The notes under the pieces are model-generated. The model was not told the origin of the DNA, made no database searches, and saw only the letters and a program-made list of their open reading frames with translations. Below, piece after piece: positions 13,131 through 27,800 of a stretch of DNA of 64,000 nt (the first letter of the stretch is position 1; each line of letters begins with the position of its first letter). The stretch spans positions 4,712,001 to 4,776,000 of the forward strand of contig OZ024746.1 in the NCBI GenBank assembly GCA_964016885.1, in the 5' to 3' direction. The translations under genes were made by a program, and so were the position numbers. Origin of the DNA: Eledone cirrhosa. Its lineage: Eukaryota.

Positions 13131-14197
13131 TACCTGAGTTCAAATCCCACCGTGGTTAACTTTGCCTTTCATTTTTACGAGATCGATAAAATAAAATACC
13201 AGTAACGTACTGAGTCGATTTAATTGGTTTCCCTACCCCCAACATTGTTGGCTGTGTGCCTTAATCAGAAACCATTATATTTGTAATGTTCTTCTGAAAG
13301 AATTGCGAGCAAGTTATGTTATTTATAAAACTGTGAATAAAACTTTATTTAAAAACAAAAAACAAAAAAAAAGAATCTTTGGTAACAAAAGTTCTCTGAT
13401 TAAATCATTTGATATTTCTTAGAATGTCGAGCAGAGTTGGTGTTTTGTGCAGATCTGACCTTCGTAGACAGATCAACAGCAGTCTCCCCAAATTCTGGTG
13501 ATCATATTTGGTAATTACCATAATTAGATATATAATGAAATTGGGCGTCAGAAATGATGTGGATTTTGGCTAAATATTTTTTATTGCTTGTGTGGCCCTT
13601 TGATGTTAGACTTCATCTTTCACAGATCCAGGGTTGATCAATAAGAATCATTCGATTCAAATGACAAGACAACTTCACCCCACTCGTCCTCTTCAATTAT
13701 ATGGCCCTAGTGTCAAGTGCCAATGAAAGAAATCTCATTTGGAAATCTTTAGTCTGTTGCATCAGTAATTTCGTTTTTAGCATTGCCTTTATAAAGAAGG
13801 GAGGTGGTTGGTTAAGTCGACCCTTGACCAATTTCAAAATATCAAATACCCGCCAGTTATATCAGCACCCCTACGACTCCATCGGGAATTACCTTTTTAC
13901 AGTGTGATTAGTGACAGGTTTTACTGTTATTTGTAGAGGGAGAGCAACCATGTAAAAAGACCCTAATTAACTTAGAAAATTAAACGTTTTAAACAGCCCT
14001 CTACAGTAAAGCAAATTCAACTGAGAAGAGAAAATGTATTATAAAATAAGTTGGCTGTGAAATTATACTTTCTTTTAGGAACGTTAGAAATATCATACAG
14101 CGTTAATTTTACTCCGAATTTATTACTTTGTAAGGTTAGTTTCTGTCTCTCATTCATAAGAATTTGTTACACTCTCATTGTTTTGTTCCCTGATTAT

Positions 14198-14405
14198 GGC
14201 AGTGGACTGGCAGAATCGATAGAATGTCGGACACCATGCTTTGCGGCATAGAGTTACGGCCATTTACGTTCTGAGTTCAAATCCTGTATAGGTTAGCTTT
14301 GTCTTTCATCCTTACGGGGTCGATAAAATAAAGTACCAGTAACAGACTAGGATCCATTTAATCGACTTTTATCTCCCGTCAAAATTGCTGTCAGAAACCA
14401 TTATT
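14198..14405 (+). mobile_element. SINE family A copy
   Basis: Matches 57694-57883. Confidence 0.75.
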
Positions 14406-16285
14406 TTGTTCCCTTTTAAAAGGCAGTGAGGAGGTAGGAAGAAATTATAACGTTTCCAGTAACATTTGTCAGATTGTCTTTGACGAAAGGCTTTGCTGAA
14501 AACCTGCAGTAAAACAATGTCGGGTTGATAATGGCCTTTACTTGAAACTTCAAGAATTCTTGTCACTCCGTGGTTCATAACTTTATCCAAATTTACCAAC
14601 ACTGTTCAATAATTTGTCAAAAACCACAACTATGTCTTCCCAGCCTCAGCTTTTATCTTCTTTAAACCCATATATATGTAAATGGATGAAAAATGAGTTG
14701 TTTTTTAGCAGTCATGATACATGAAATTTGTCCAGCGCTCTACCAATTTTGCTGTTAGATGATACATATTGAACGCAAAAACCAGTTTTTCTCATTAGTT
14801 TATTAAGTTTAAAATTACATATTAGAATTAATAGTATTTGTAATTTACTAATTTTTAATAGGTTTGTTTTTATGTGGAAACAAACTTCAACAATGAAAGC
14901 TAAAAATTCCTTTTTTGTTTTATTATTTAACAGGAACACAATTCCCTCTGAACATGGCATTAATAGCATCATTGGAATCAAATTAATATTGCTCTATACT
15001 GCCAGAAATTTGACAGAAAATTGTTTGACAAATGCGACCAAACTATAGTTGTTTGTTTTACATATATCGTTTGGCAAATTCATTTTCACACGATAAATTA
15101 CAGTTTTAATGTCATGGACAAGAGAAGTACATAGAAAGCAGCTTAAAGGATTGAAAGCATTCACAATTTTTTTCCTTCTTTTAGCCTTGCCATTATTACC
15201 ATTAGCAATTCCAGGCATGTTTATACTTTACTAGAACATATCTATATTAAAATCTTCAGGCTGATAAATTGGTTCTTAGCAACTGAGAGATTCAGAGATC
15301 CCAACTGAGAGTAATTTAAAAACTTGATGTTAGTTTGGCTGATTTAGTGAGAAATATCTATATTTTAAAGCTTCTCTTTGAATATCTAAATGTCTTGAAG
15401 TATGAAAAGCTCCATGGAGTCTAAAATAGCTACACATAATAATTGTTACACAAAAATGATTTTGATTTTAGATCAAAGGTGATGATGTAAAGAAATATTA
15501 CAAAAAATGTAAACATTTCTTTATTTTTATTCTATTATTTTAATATGTGGTCCAGCCAATAGGCTGAGACCATGCTGGGGCACTGCCATTTATTTTTTCC
15601 AGATTATTTAATCTCGTCTTTTGTGTTATATTTTTCTTGGGCTATTCTCTATCTTAAAGTGTCATATTTCTACATATACATATATAGGAGAGGATTAAAC
15701 TCAGAACATTTATTTCTAATACATTCATTCATTGATAATATCTGCTCACTGTATCACAGTATCATAAGATCTGTATTAGAAGCAGTTCTAAGATCAAACC
15801 TAGTCAATGTATACACAAAATATGGCCGTTGAAAATAATTGGAGAAGAGACTAACTGAAATAACAAATTGCAAATAGTCCATGAAATATATTCACAAAAA
15901 AAAATTGAGGGGAATTAATTATTTATCACAATTATAAACAAAAACATAATTACTAATTGGGTAAATTCTCTGAAAAAATGCAAAGAAATGCCAACTTAGC
16001 ACTTAACTATTGCTACAAATACATAACATTTCTCAAAGTTTGGAAGTTGTATATTCACTATACTTTAACTAAACAGTCATGGGGTGGGGGTTTTTATTTA
16101 AAAAAAGGCTAAAAAAAATTTTAAATTAAAAAAATTCAAAATTTCTTATTCAAACTAAAGAACTTTAATATAAAAAATGTTTATATTTTTTTTGTTTTAA
16201 TCTTCACATTTTACAATAAGGAAGAAACTATAAAACTAAACGGTTCTCCAGATTCCTTAGAAATCAGACTTTAGGTAATTCAAAA

Positions 16286-16475
16286 TAATTGTTTCTACTT
16301 TTGGCACAAGGCCAGCAATTATCCCAGTGCATTACTGGTACTTTATTTTATCGACCCCGTAAAGATGAATGGCAAAGTTAACCTCGACGGGATTTGAACT
16401 CAGATCATAAAGGGCCGTAACTCTATGCATCAAAGCATGGCATCCGACCCTACCGATACTGCCAATCCTCCGCCC
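16286..16475 (-). mobile_element. SINE family A copy
   Basis: Reverse complement of 57694-57883. Confidence 0.8.
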
Positions 16476-16564
16476 TTTGAAAACCAGACATGTCTGGAGA
16501 TGGACATTTTGCTTCTATAGCAGATCAGGTCTCATTCTGTTAGGGATATTACACCTTAGTTTAT

Positions 16565-16619
<55 letters not shown>

Positions 16620-16683
16620 ATACATACACATATATTTCTTCAATGTATTGTGTCGTTTGGTTTGTTATTTCTGTTTATATATA

Positions 16684-16719
<36 letters not shown>

Positions 16720-16809
16720 GTGTATGTATATAAACATATATATATATATATATATAATGTGTATGTATATAAACATATATATATATATATATAATGTGTA
16801 TGTATATAA

Positions 16810-16840
<31 letters not shown>

Positions 16841-16891
16841 GTGTGTGTATATAAACATATATATATAATGTGTGTGTGTATATAAACATAT

Positions 16892-17094
16892 ATATTTAGT
16901 TATGTAATAAACAACATAAGACAATTATTCCATTTACCAAAGGTTTCACGAAGACAGACGGGCCTGACACAGACGTCTGAAATCGCTCATCAGAATGAAA
17001 TTTGATTTCAGACGTCTGTGTCGAGCTCGTCTGTCTTCTTCAAACCTTTGATAAATGGAATAATTGTCTTATGTTGTTTATTACATAACTAAAT
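16892..17094. repeat. Inverted repeat (about 90-bp arms) in a (TA)n-flanked element
   Basis: 16892-16984 pairs with 17005-17094 with few mismatches. Confidence 0.9.
16928..17000 (-). ncRNA. Type I hammerhead ribozyme (complete fold, GUA triplet)
   Basis: UUUCAUU-CUGAUGA-GCGA..CAGACG/CGUCUG..UCGU-GAAA-CC(UUU)GG-UA/AAUGGAA; 7-bp stem I. Confidence 0.78.
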
Positions 17095-17149
17095 AGCTCT
17101 GTAGCCTACATAGAACACTCTCTTTTCCTTTACCTTTCCTTTGGAAACA

Positions 17150-17193
<44 letters not shown>

Positions 17194-17624
17194 AATATTT
17201 GTTATAACAAAATGTATCATCAAGGTACATTACTAATTTTGAAAAGGTATCAAAATATAAAATACCAAAACGAAACCTAAAGACTCTACAATGAATAATA
17301 ATTCTTTTCTTAATGGGAGAAAGAGAGAAAGAATAAATTTTGGAATTGATGTTTAAAATAGAATTTTCTATGTTTAATTTGATTTTCTTTTAATGAGAAA
17401 ACATTTAATATTTTTCATTAAAAACAAATACAAAAGACTTGATGGGATTACATGCAACAAGACAAAATATAAGATGGTTAATTAAACAATTAAATATTAA
17501 CATTTCAGATAATGAGAATGGCAACCACATTTTAATATAGACAAAAATGATTTTATGAAAGGGGTTGTCTTTTATTCAGGATTTTTTTTAAATTTTATTT
17601 AAGTTCTATTTTTTATTTGTTCAA

Positions 17625-18100
17625 GAATATATTTCAAGTATGGCCCAACTTTGAATATATTTCAAGTATGGTCCAACTTTGAATATATTTCAAGTATGGC
17701 CCACCTTTGAATATATTTCAAGTATGGCCCACCTTTGAATATATTTCAAGTATGGTCCAACTTTGAATATATTTCAAGTATAGCCCAACTTTGAATATAT
17801 TTCAAGTATGGTCCACCTTTGATTATATTTCAAGTATGGCCCAACTTTGAATATATTTCAAGTATGGTCCACCTTTGAATATATTTCAAGTATAGCCCAA
17901 CTTTGAATATATTTCAAGTATAGCCCAACTTTGAATATATTTCAAGTATGGTCCACCTTTGAATATATTTCAAGTATGGTCCAACTTTGAATATATTTCA
18001 AGTATAGCCCAACTTTGAATATATTTCAAGTATAGCCCAACTTTGAATATATTTCAAGTATGGTCCAACTTTGAATATATTTTAAGTATGGTCCACCTTT
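17625..18100. repeat. 28-bp minisatellite, about 17 copies
   Basis: Unit GAATATATTTCAAGTATGGYCCAMCTTT. Confidence 0.95.
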
Positions 18101-18610
18101 AAATATAAAGTACTTAAAGTCTCTAAAAAAAATATATATATATATATATAATAAAAAAAAAAGGGAGAGATAAAATACCCACCCCACCCCACACTTACTA
18201 AGAAGAAAAACATTACAAAACGAAATAATATAAAAAATATTGTCATGAGAAAATTGTAATGTAAATGGACATTAAAGAATGTTATTCCATTTCTCATGTT
18301 TCTTCAGAAAGAAAAAAAAGGGCCAAAAGACAAGTATAACATTTTTGATTTGTTTGTTAGTTGGTTTTCCCTCCCACACAGGATATTGGACCACCATCAT
18401 TAGTATTTTAGAAATAGACAATAGATTATATAGCTGGTTGTTTATATACCCATTCATTGTCAAAGGCAACATACTGGCAGTGTGGTTGATGGACTGGAAA
18501 TGACTCAATGGTGTTTTTTTTTCTTTTATTTAAAAAAAAGGGGGGAAGGACAAAAGAGATGGGTTTTAAGGGTAGAATTCAGAATTATTTCTATGTTGTA
18601 ATCCTTGCTT

Positions 18611-18753
18611 CTACTGTGGCTGACAGGAAAGGTAGAATGCAGCACGATCTTTGATTTGCTCCAAGTATACTTCCATCTGATTATTCAATTCATTAAGAGT
18701 TTTAGAAAGATCAGTTACTGCTGCATTGCGCTTGTTGAAACTTTTTATCAAAA
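18611..18753 (-). CDS. LAMB1: Laminin beta terminal coding exon 27
   Basis: [46 protein letters not shown]; C-terminal Cys typical of beta chains; TAG stop at 18613-18611. Confidence 0.9.
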
Positions 18754-21700
18754 CTATAACAAAGAAAAAGAAGAGAAAAAATAAGAATATGAATGTTTAA
18801 TTTCTGTATATTGCTGAATATGTAAGAAGATTGAAACACTACATTATAGATAAGGTGTCAGTGTTTAAACTTAGCTAAAGAGGAATAAAAACTAGTGAGG
18901 CCTTGAAGAATATCAAGGGCTGGAATAAATAATATACTATTACCTTAGTATTTTTGACACTCACAGAGAGAGAAGGGGGATGTTAGAAATAATATTGATC
19001 TTTAGAGCGGGATACTCTTCTTACAACATCCTACTATGTCTCTACTCCTAACAGTAGCAGGCTGTCTGATAACCCTATTATATTGTTTTAATGTTTCATG
19101 ACCATATTTCTAATGAAATGCACAACCAATATGTTTCAATTAATTTTGAAAATAATCCAAGTTTTTGAGGAGTTTACTAAAACAACTATCAAAACTGGGT
19201 TGATAAAACATACTAACCACCCCCCATTTCCTTCTGATATTCTACCTGTCTAACAAATTGTTAGGCAGATTCTTGTAACATATAATATGGAATTATAATG
19301 GATGGTTTTAACCAAATATGAACACTTTAAAATCTGTGATTTTGTTTTATAAAACAAAATGTGGTCTTGGTCATGTTGGCATCAAAAGAGCTAAATTAAG
19401 CACTGACTGAAGTCCCCCCCAACCATCCAACCATCCTTAAATGACAAGACATCATTTCAAGATGTCCATTTTCAGAAATATATGTTTCGTAGTTATATTT
19501 ACACTACTTCATTTCTGCTGTAGTTTTCTTAGAGAAAACAAAATCAAAGAGAACAGAATGAATCATTAAATAAATGTAAAAAGATAGAAGTAAAAATGTT
19601 TAAAATGTTAAACTTACCATCAAGGTCACTGTTCTTCTTCGTAACTGAAACAGCTAATTTATTTGCTCTCTCTTGCAATTCAGAAGCACGTTTCCTTATA
19701 GCAAATGTAGCATTATACTTCATTTTCAGAGTGTCTGATGTACGGGAGTACTTATTCTCTAGAGAACTGGCAAGCTAGGGTCAAGACAAAACGATTCATC
19801 ACAAAACGAAAAATGTTTACAAAACTTACTCAGAGTTAAATCAGAAACATCTCAAAATATATTTAGACTCAACATTTATCCAAATACTAGGTTTGTAGTA
19901 TAAAAAGTGCTCATGGCAAATAAAATTTAGACATGTTAACTGTAGATGGAGATAGTAGATAGGTAATTCTTTTATTTTACTTTTAAATAAGATAAAACTA
20001 AATAAATTAAATTAATATAGACTGCTGATTTCCTTTGTAAAATCAGAAAGACAGCAGCCTAGCATGAGGTGGGGTGGCTGGTGCAGCAGATATCACTGGC
20101 CATTCTCCACAGAGTGTATTTAAAACGCTATTCAGACTGGGGTGTAGGGTCTGTTGTTCCCTTTCTCTTTCACTTTCTTTTATTGCTTAATTCCTTTATT
20201 TTTTTTGTTTCCTTATTGCTATGTAAATTGTACAATTTTTAAATTTAAAATATTATTAAAATTAAATTAAAACTTTCTGTTTATATATTTCTGAAATTTT
20301 ACAAAATGGAAAATAAATCTAAAATAAAAAGCTAATGTAACTGTAATGTAGAAATACATGTAACCAACATGTACTGGGTACATTTATCATGTCTATCAAC
20401 AATGCGAGCAGCACTGTCAATGTATAAAAGAGAGTGTCTATGAAATTCCAATGAACTAAAAAAACTAAAATGGCATAAATTCCTAAGAGCTGTATGCATC
20501 CATATTATACAACAGGATTTTCAAATGTATACGACCTTACCCAATTGCACCTCACAAGGGCGATGACACATGGCTGCGACCTCTGGCGTCACGCAGTAAT
20601 ACAGAAGACCCGACTTCCCATGGGTACAAGCCAAAGTTGAAGCATATAGACAATATTCCCCCACACCCTCCCTCTGCAAAGTGGTCGTGGAAGTGCCACG
20701 GTAAAAAAGCACCCAGCCCACACTGTAAAGTAGACGTGTAGGCGCCATGGAAAAGAGCACCCTGCACTCACTGTAAATGAGGTTGGTGTTAGGAAGGGCA
20801 TCCAGCTGTAGAAATCAAGCCAGAATAAGTTCCTGTATGAGCAAGACAAGGTCAGCTGACTGGACACTGCCCACAACAGGACAACCCGTCTAACCCATGC
20901 TAGCATGGAAGAATGGACGTAAAACGGTAATGATGATACGAGGGGTACTGAAAAATTTCTGCCTTTGGATAAAAGAAAATACAGGACGATCAGTTAATTA
21001 TGATTTTATTCAAGATATTCCCCTCTCAGATTCACACACTTATTGCAGTGGTCCTACCTCCCCTGAAAAAGGTAACAGCTCTACCCTTTCACAGTCCTAC
21101 CTCCCCTGTAAAGGTAACAGCTCTACCCTTTCACAATACCGTTAAAGCCAGGAACTTTTCAGCACCCTGGCCAACCCAAGTGCTTTCCTCCACCCCATCG
21201 CCATTCTCAGGGCGAAGGCTTCAGTTGTGCTCTAAGGACTCAATACCATTAAAGCCAGGAACTTTTCAGTACTCCAGTAAGTTCAGTTCTGAGAAAAGAA
21301 CAATTTAGAAACAATGGAGATGATGAACAAGAAGGGAGGAAGGGGGAAGAGACTAATTTAAAATTTCTAATCTCAAATATTTCAGACAATTTATTGTCCT
21401 GAATATTCCTACATCACGGCCATATTTACCTTCTCAGCTTTCTTTGCAGTTTCCATAGCTTTTTTCGACATTGTATCAGCACGATTTTTATTTCTGGTGT
21501 TTTCGTAATGTTTATTTTTCAGATCTTGAAGTGAGTTGAGAAGGTTTTTGAGAGTATCTAAAGCTGGTTGGGCTTTGTTTTCAGAATTTTTCATAGACTT
21601 ATCAATCTAAAAACAGAGCATATTATTATTATTATTAATTCTAATAATGGTTTCTTTTATTTGGCATAAGACAATGGTTACATGAAATCTATACACATCA

Positions 21701-21765
21701 CACACACACATATATATATATACATATATACATACACAATCACACTCACTCACATATATATACAT

Positions 21766-21801
<36 letters not shown>

Positions 21802-24800
21802 TTGAAATTTATTGAAGCTATTTTTAATGAGCAAAATATCTCAAAAAATATTGTTGCCTGTACATCTGAGTGGCTGCTATGTCAGGTAGATACAGAGGTT
21901 TCTCTTCTCTCTTAAAACTTGAACTTTCACATCCGTTATAACAGTACACTGTGTGACTCACCAGCAGCATTTAGTGGCAAAAATATTGATGGTAGGTTTA
22001 ATGATGTACTGCAGTTAATTATTAAAACTGTGACCAAGCTAAAATCGAATTCTTTGTCTGAACGAATTTTATGTCAATTGTGACTTGATAATGATGATGA
22101 CTATGTGAAGCTTTTGTACCATAATAATTGTTTCTACTTTTGGCACAAGGCCAACAATTACCCATTGTATTACTGGTACTTTATTTTATCGACTCCGTAA
22201 GGATGAAAAGCAAAGTTAACCTCGGCAGGATTTGAACTCAGAATGGCAAGGGCCGTAACTATGGTGCGTCAAAGCATGGTGTCCGACCCTCTACCGATAC
22301 TGCCAATACACCACCTTTTGTACCATAATAATGTATAATGGTAAGCAACCGCGTTGTCCATTTGGTTAAACTATTTGATAGAATAATTATTTCTTTTTTC
22401 AAAACACTCTTTGGCAGGATATCAACCATTACACTGGTTTAAGTTAGGCAGAGTTTTACTGTTCTAGCAGAGAGAAAAGATCATGTAAACATTCTTGCTC
22501 CATTGCATGGAAAACAGATGTAAAAGAAAAAAAGAAACACAGACACATGTCAGAAGATTAAATAGATTGTTTTCTTGTTTACATCAGATGCTAAACAAAC
22601 AGAATAAAAGTAAATTCCTACTACTTTCCTAATCAAGACTTAATTCTCTCAAATTTTTTTAATTCAAAAACATGAAACAAAAAGATACAAAGAGGACCGT
22701 TTGAAAACAGTATCTTAACCTTCAGTGCCCTCTAGGTGCCTTATATCCCCAGTAGAGTAATCTGCCCTAAATACATAATGTAGTGTCAAGGGAAGCAATT
22801 CATAAAAAATTCAGCATGCTAAAGATTAATATACTTACTGAATGTAAGATCTTCCGTAATGCCTTGATATCATCTTCAGCCATTTCAATAGCCTCATGTG
22901 CATAAACTTGTGAGGAATTAGCTTCTTTCAGGGCATCCAAGACTTCATTTGCTCTTTCTAAGACATCTTCAGCCTTCATGCTAAAATGTTAATAAACCAT
23001 TTACATAAAATATTCAACTACTATGAGGGGTACTGAAAAATTCCTGGTTTTTAAGTAAAATAAAATACAGGGGGACCAGTTAATTATAATGTTATTCAAC
23101 ATATTCCCCTCTCAGATTTACACACTTATTGCAGCAGTCCTTCAGTTTGTTTTTCTAAGCTCTGTAGAAAGAACTCAGAAGGTTGGGCCTCCAACTAAGC
23201 CACGCAATATCCTTAAAGCCAGGAACTTTTAAGCACCCCCTCGTAATACTACTACTAATGATTATTATTACTATTGTTGTTGTTGCTATTATTAATATTA
23301 TCATAAACAGAACAGTAAAACAACAGAATCATTAGAACAGCAGATAAAATGCTTTGCAGCATTTGTTTTGGTTCTTTACATTCTGAGATGAAAACCTGCT
23401 GAGGTGAACTGTTTGCATCCTACCAAGGTTGATAAAGTGTCAGCCAAGTACTGGAGTCTGCATACAAACCCTTTCTTGATGAAGTGACTGCAGCGTTAGA
23501 TGTAGTTAAGACTGAGTCATATGTCCTGAGACTTCAATACACATGTTGACACTGAGACGTCAATACACATGTTGACACTGAGACGTCAATACACATGTTG
23601 ACACTGAGACTTCAATACACATGTTGACACTGAGACTTCAATACACATGTTGACACTGAGACTTCAATACACATGTTGACACTGAGACTTCAATACACAT
23701 GTTGACACTGAGCACCTGACATAGAAATGACTGATTGGAAGAAATGGCAACTCTGATCTAAATAAGAATGGAGAGGCCTTATTAGACTTCTAGCAAAGGA
23801 CTCTGTATTATGAACACCTTCTTCCAGGACAGAGACATATACATGGTATAAGGGGAATCAGAGACAGAAAACAATAATTGATTTTGTTATTGTTTCTGAT
23901 CTCTCTGATTCTGTGCTGGATATTTGTGTTAGGAGAGGGGCTGAGCTGTGAACTGATCACCATCTAGTTATCTGCAACATAAGACTACCTAAAGCCAAAG
24001 AAGACCACAAAACTGGCAGATCCAGGGTGACCTGCAGAATAAAGTGGAAAGCATTGGTAGATAAGGAAGTGAGGACCAGGTGTGCAGATACTATTGCATC
24101 CAAAGTCTGAGAACTCCCTGAGTAAACTGAGGATGTTGAGACAGAGTGGAGATTGTTCAGTGAAGCAGTTTCTACTTCAGCTGTTAAATGCTGCAGGCAA
24201 AAGAGGCTTGGTATGGCCCCAGATGGTAGGAGGACATATTGATTCTATTAAGGGGTTAAAGATGTCATCCAAGCAAAGAAGGAGGCCTACAAAGCTTGGC
24301 TTGGAAATAAATTCTCATTGCACTTGCAGTACAAATAGGCAGAGAGACTATATCAGTGGATAGTGGTGGTGTCATGAGAAATAAACCTGGTACACACCGT
24401 CAAGAAGTTGGCAAAAGGGCATCCAGCCAATACTAAAATGGAATCAGTCATCTTACCTACCTTCCTAGCCAATAACAACCTATCTAACCCATACAAGATA
24501 AATAGATGTAAAAATAAATTATAATGATGAACATAAGGTAGTATCAAGTAGAGTTTTTAGCATCATTATTTCTAAATGTTTAAAACTACTATTGGGTCCC
24601 AAATAATAGGAGGCGGTGGAATAAGCAGAGGGTGAGGATGGAATAAGTGGACGTGTTGGAATAAGGGGGAGGAGGAATTTTCTAGGTTGTTTCCATTGAT
24701 TCTTTTTTAAAACCAGAATTAGTCGTTTAGTTTACATATTGAGACCCGACCCATCCTATTTATTTTATAACGTATGTGATTTCTAGTAATATACTTTTTT

Positions 24801-27800
24801 GTCATGTATAATGTTTTTTAATGTACAAAGCAGGAATGCTACCACTTAAAATATAATTTCGCCCGAGATAGATTAGCAAAATTTAATAAGTGGGAGACGG
24901 GGAATAAGAGCGGGGTGGTGGAAAAAAATCTGAAAAGTTAGTAAGCGGGGAGTGGCGATTATTGGAAACCCGAGTATCTAATATATTACTACATTCCAAC
25001 ACAAAGCATATTAAGGCGTGGAAATAAAGGCATAGGAGTAAATATCAATCCAAGGTAGGTAACTCTAAAAAAAACTACAACACAAAATAAGAATTTTTTT
25101 CTTTTTGCTTTTTTTTTTTTTAGTAAAGCTATAATTACAAACCTGACTCGATTTATATAGTTGTTTCTACTTTTGGCACAAGGCCAGCAATTATCCCAGT
25201 ACATTACTGGTACTTTATTTTATCGACCCCGTAAGGATGAAAGGCAAAGTGAATATCGGCGAGATTTGAACTCAGACTATAAAGGGGCGTAACTCTAGGC
25301 TGCAAATCAACCTTCTACCGATACGGCCAATCCTTTCTATATTTTATATCTAACCTTCATTCATAACACTAATGATGTTAGATAGCTTGATGTACTTATA
25401 TAAAAATGCATTTTAAGATAAACTTGACTGCCAATGTGATTTAATGGAATTTATTTCAGCTAAACTAAAGCTTCTTATTGTTTATAATCGCTGGGTTTTA
25501 GGTTTCATGTTAAAGGGAAATAACTCGACAAATTACATTTACATCCCTACAAATGTTTATAAACAACACATTACTAATACGTGATATTAGTGAAAACAAG
25601 AACGACTCACGATGCTGCATCAGCCTTATTCTTCAGTTCCTTTGTTATAGCGAGATTCTTTTCAGTAGCGTTAAGAATATCATCAATGTTTTTCAGTCCA
25701 TTTACTGTATTGTTAATTTTCATGGATAACGTTCGAATTTCCCCAGGTTTCAAAGAGATTTTCATATTTAATGTTTCTTCAGCCAACTGAAATTCATATC
25801 AACATTTAAACTTCTATAATATTTACATTTTAAAATAATATAACTAACGAAAACAAAAGATTATTTTTTTAAAAGGAGGAGTAAGGGAGAGGGGGAATCA
25901 TAGTATTTCAGTGGAACACTGTGATATTAATGAATCATAAATCCTAATTCTGATGTGTGGTTGGCTCTAAAAGGTATCATCTTCATCATCTTCTTCGACC
26001 CCTAGCTGACAATTGAGGGAGACTGTCCTCTCACACTGCTGTGGGTACTGCTGGATGATGGATTCCAAGGACGATGTTCTTCCACACTTTTCTATCCATG
26101 GCACTGACCTTAGTATGATCACGGTCGAGGCACAGCAATTTCAGGTCCTCCTTGATTTTTTCCACCCATGTCTTCTTTGCTGCACTGGATTCTCCAGTAC
26201 AAGCCGAAGCTGAAGCATATAGACAATATGCCCCCAACCACTCACACTGAAAAGTGGTCGTGGAGGTGCCAAGACAAAAAAAAGCACCCAGCCCACACTG
26301 AAAAGTGGACGTGTAGGCACCACGGAAAAAAAGCACCCAGCCCTCACTGTAAATGAGGTTGGTGTTAGGAAGGGCATCCAGCTGTAGAAATCAAGCCAGA
26401 ATCAGTTCCTGTATGAGCAAGACAAGGTCAGCCGACTGGACACTGCCCACAACAGGACAACCCGTCTAACCCATGCTAGCGTGGAAGAACGGACATAAAA
26501 CGGTGATGATGATGATGGGTCATTGTCTTTGACAACAGTTGGTGTGGTAGTCTTCCAGTGCTTATCTTGCAGACGTGACCAAACCACTCTAGCCTGTAAT
26601 TGCCAGATTTGGTCTTGAATGGTTGGCTGCTGCTGGCATTGTTCTTGGATGTTGTTGTTTGAGATTTGGTCGCATAGAGAAACACCAAAGATCTGATGAA
26701 GACATCACATTTGAAACACTTCAAGCTTATTCAGGTCTTGTTTAGGGATTGTCTGAGTCTCAGCACTGCAAAGGAGGATGGGTAGGACCAGTGTGTGGAA
26801 AAGATGGATCTTGGTCCTTAGTGAGTTATAAAGCTTCTTCCAGGCACACCATTAAAGGGGTCCAAATACAGACGTTGCAGACCAGATTTGGAAGTTGAGC
26901 TCCACTGCTGACACCACATTTTTCTTTGTAAGCAGTGATCCAAGATATTTGAACTCCTGGACCTGCTCAATCTGAGTGCCATCAAGATTCACAATGGCCG
27001 CCAAGCCATCTGGTGTTACTTTAGATAATGAAATAGACAGTACTGCTACTACAAATACACTATAATGGTTGGTATTAATGAAAGAAAGACATCCATAAAC
27101 AGTTGAGAGACATTTTAAGGAAACATTGTTATTGTTTAGCTCTAAGTCTTAATCCAGCAGATATATGATCAAAAGTATGACAGTCATGACCATCCCATCT
27201 TATCATTTTATATTGTCTAACCCATGCAAGCATGGGAAAATGGACATAAATATGATGATGATGATGATAGTACACATAAAACTGCATTATTCAAGTTGTT
27301 TTTTGGAAATACAGGGATGGGATTTTAAGTAGGTATAGTTGCTATTCCTAAAAGGTGAAGGAATCAGACAGAAGTTTCCTTGTTGGCTCAAGATTTTTTT
27401 TTTCCTTGTTGCAGACAATGTAACCCATCTAGGAAAGTTAGTTGACACTAAATTGTGTCGCCTTCACCCTCTTTAACATAAGTACAGTGAGGCACAAAGC
27501 CAGTAGACAGGGAACTGTCAATTAAACTGAGGTTCTATAATATGGTTAGAACTTCTAAAAGATGAAAGGATGAGTAACATGGTCAACTGAAGTACAATTT
27601 AGACCCAGAATAAAAAGGAATGTAACCAAATACTGGAAAGTCTTTTGATGTTTCTGTCACTCCCCCACCTCAATTTTTTATAACGACAGCATTAGGATAA
27701 ACACACCACTATGGTGTAATGTATTGTATGGGCATGTCCCTACAGAATTACTATATCATTACATATTGTTGGTTACTATACAAACAAAAGTATCAAATGA

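Noticed and set aside
12166-15218. Short ORFs and exon-like stretches (12166-12480, 13423-13511, 14369-14602)
   Set aside because: No recognisable protein motif and no consistent splice chain. A second gene or lncRNA cannot be supported without expression data.
26693-26727. CTGATGA...GAAAC hammerhead-like spacing
   Set aside because: Lies antisense within RTE coding sequence, and stems I and III do not form. A chance match.
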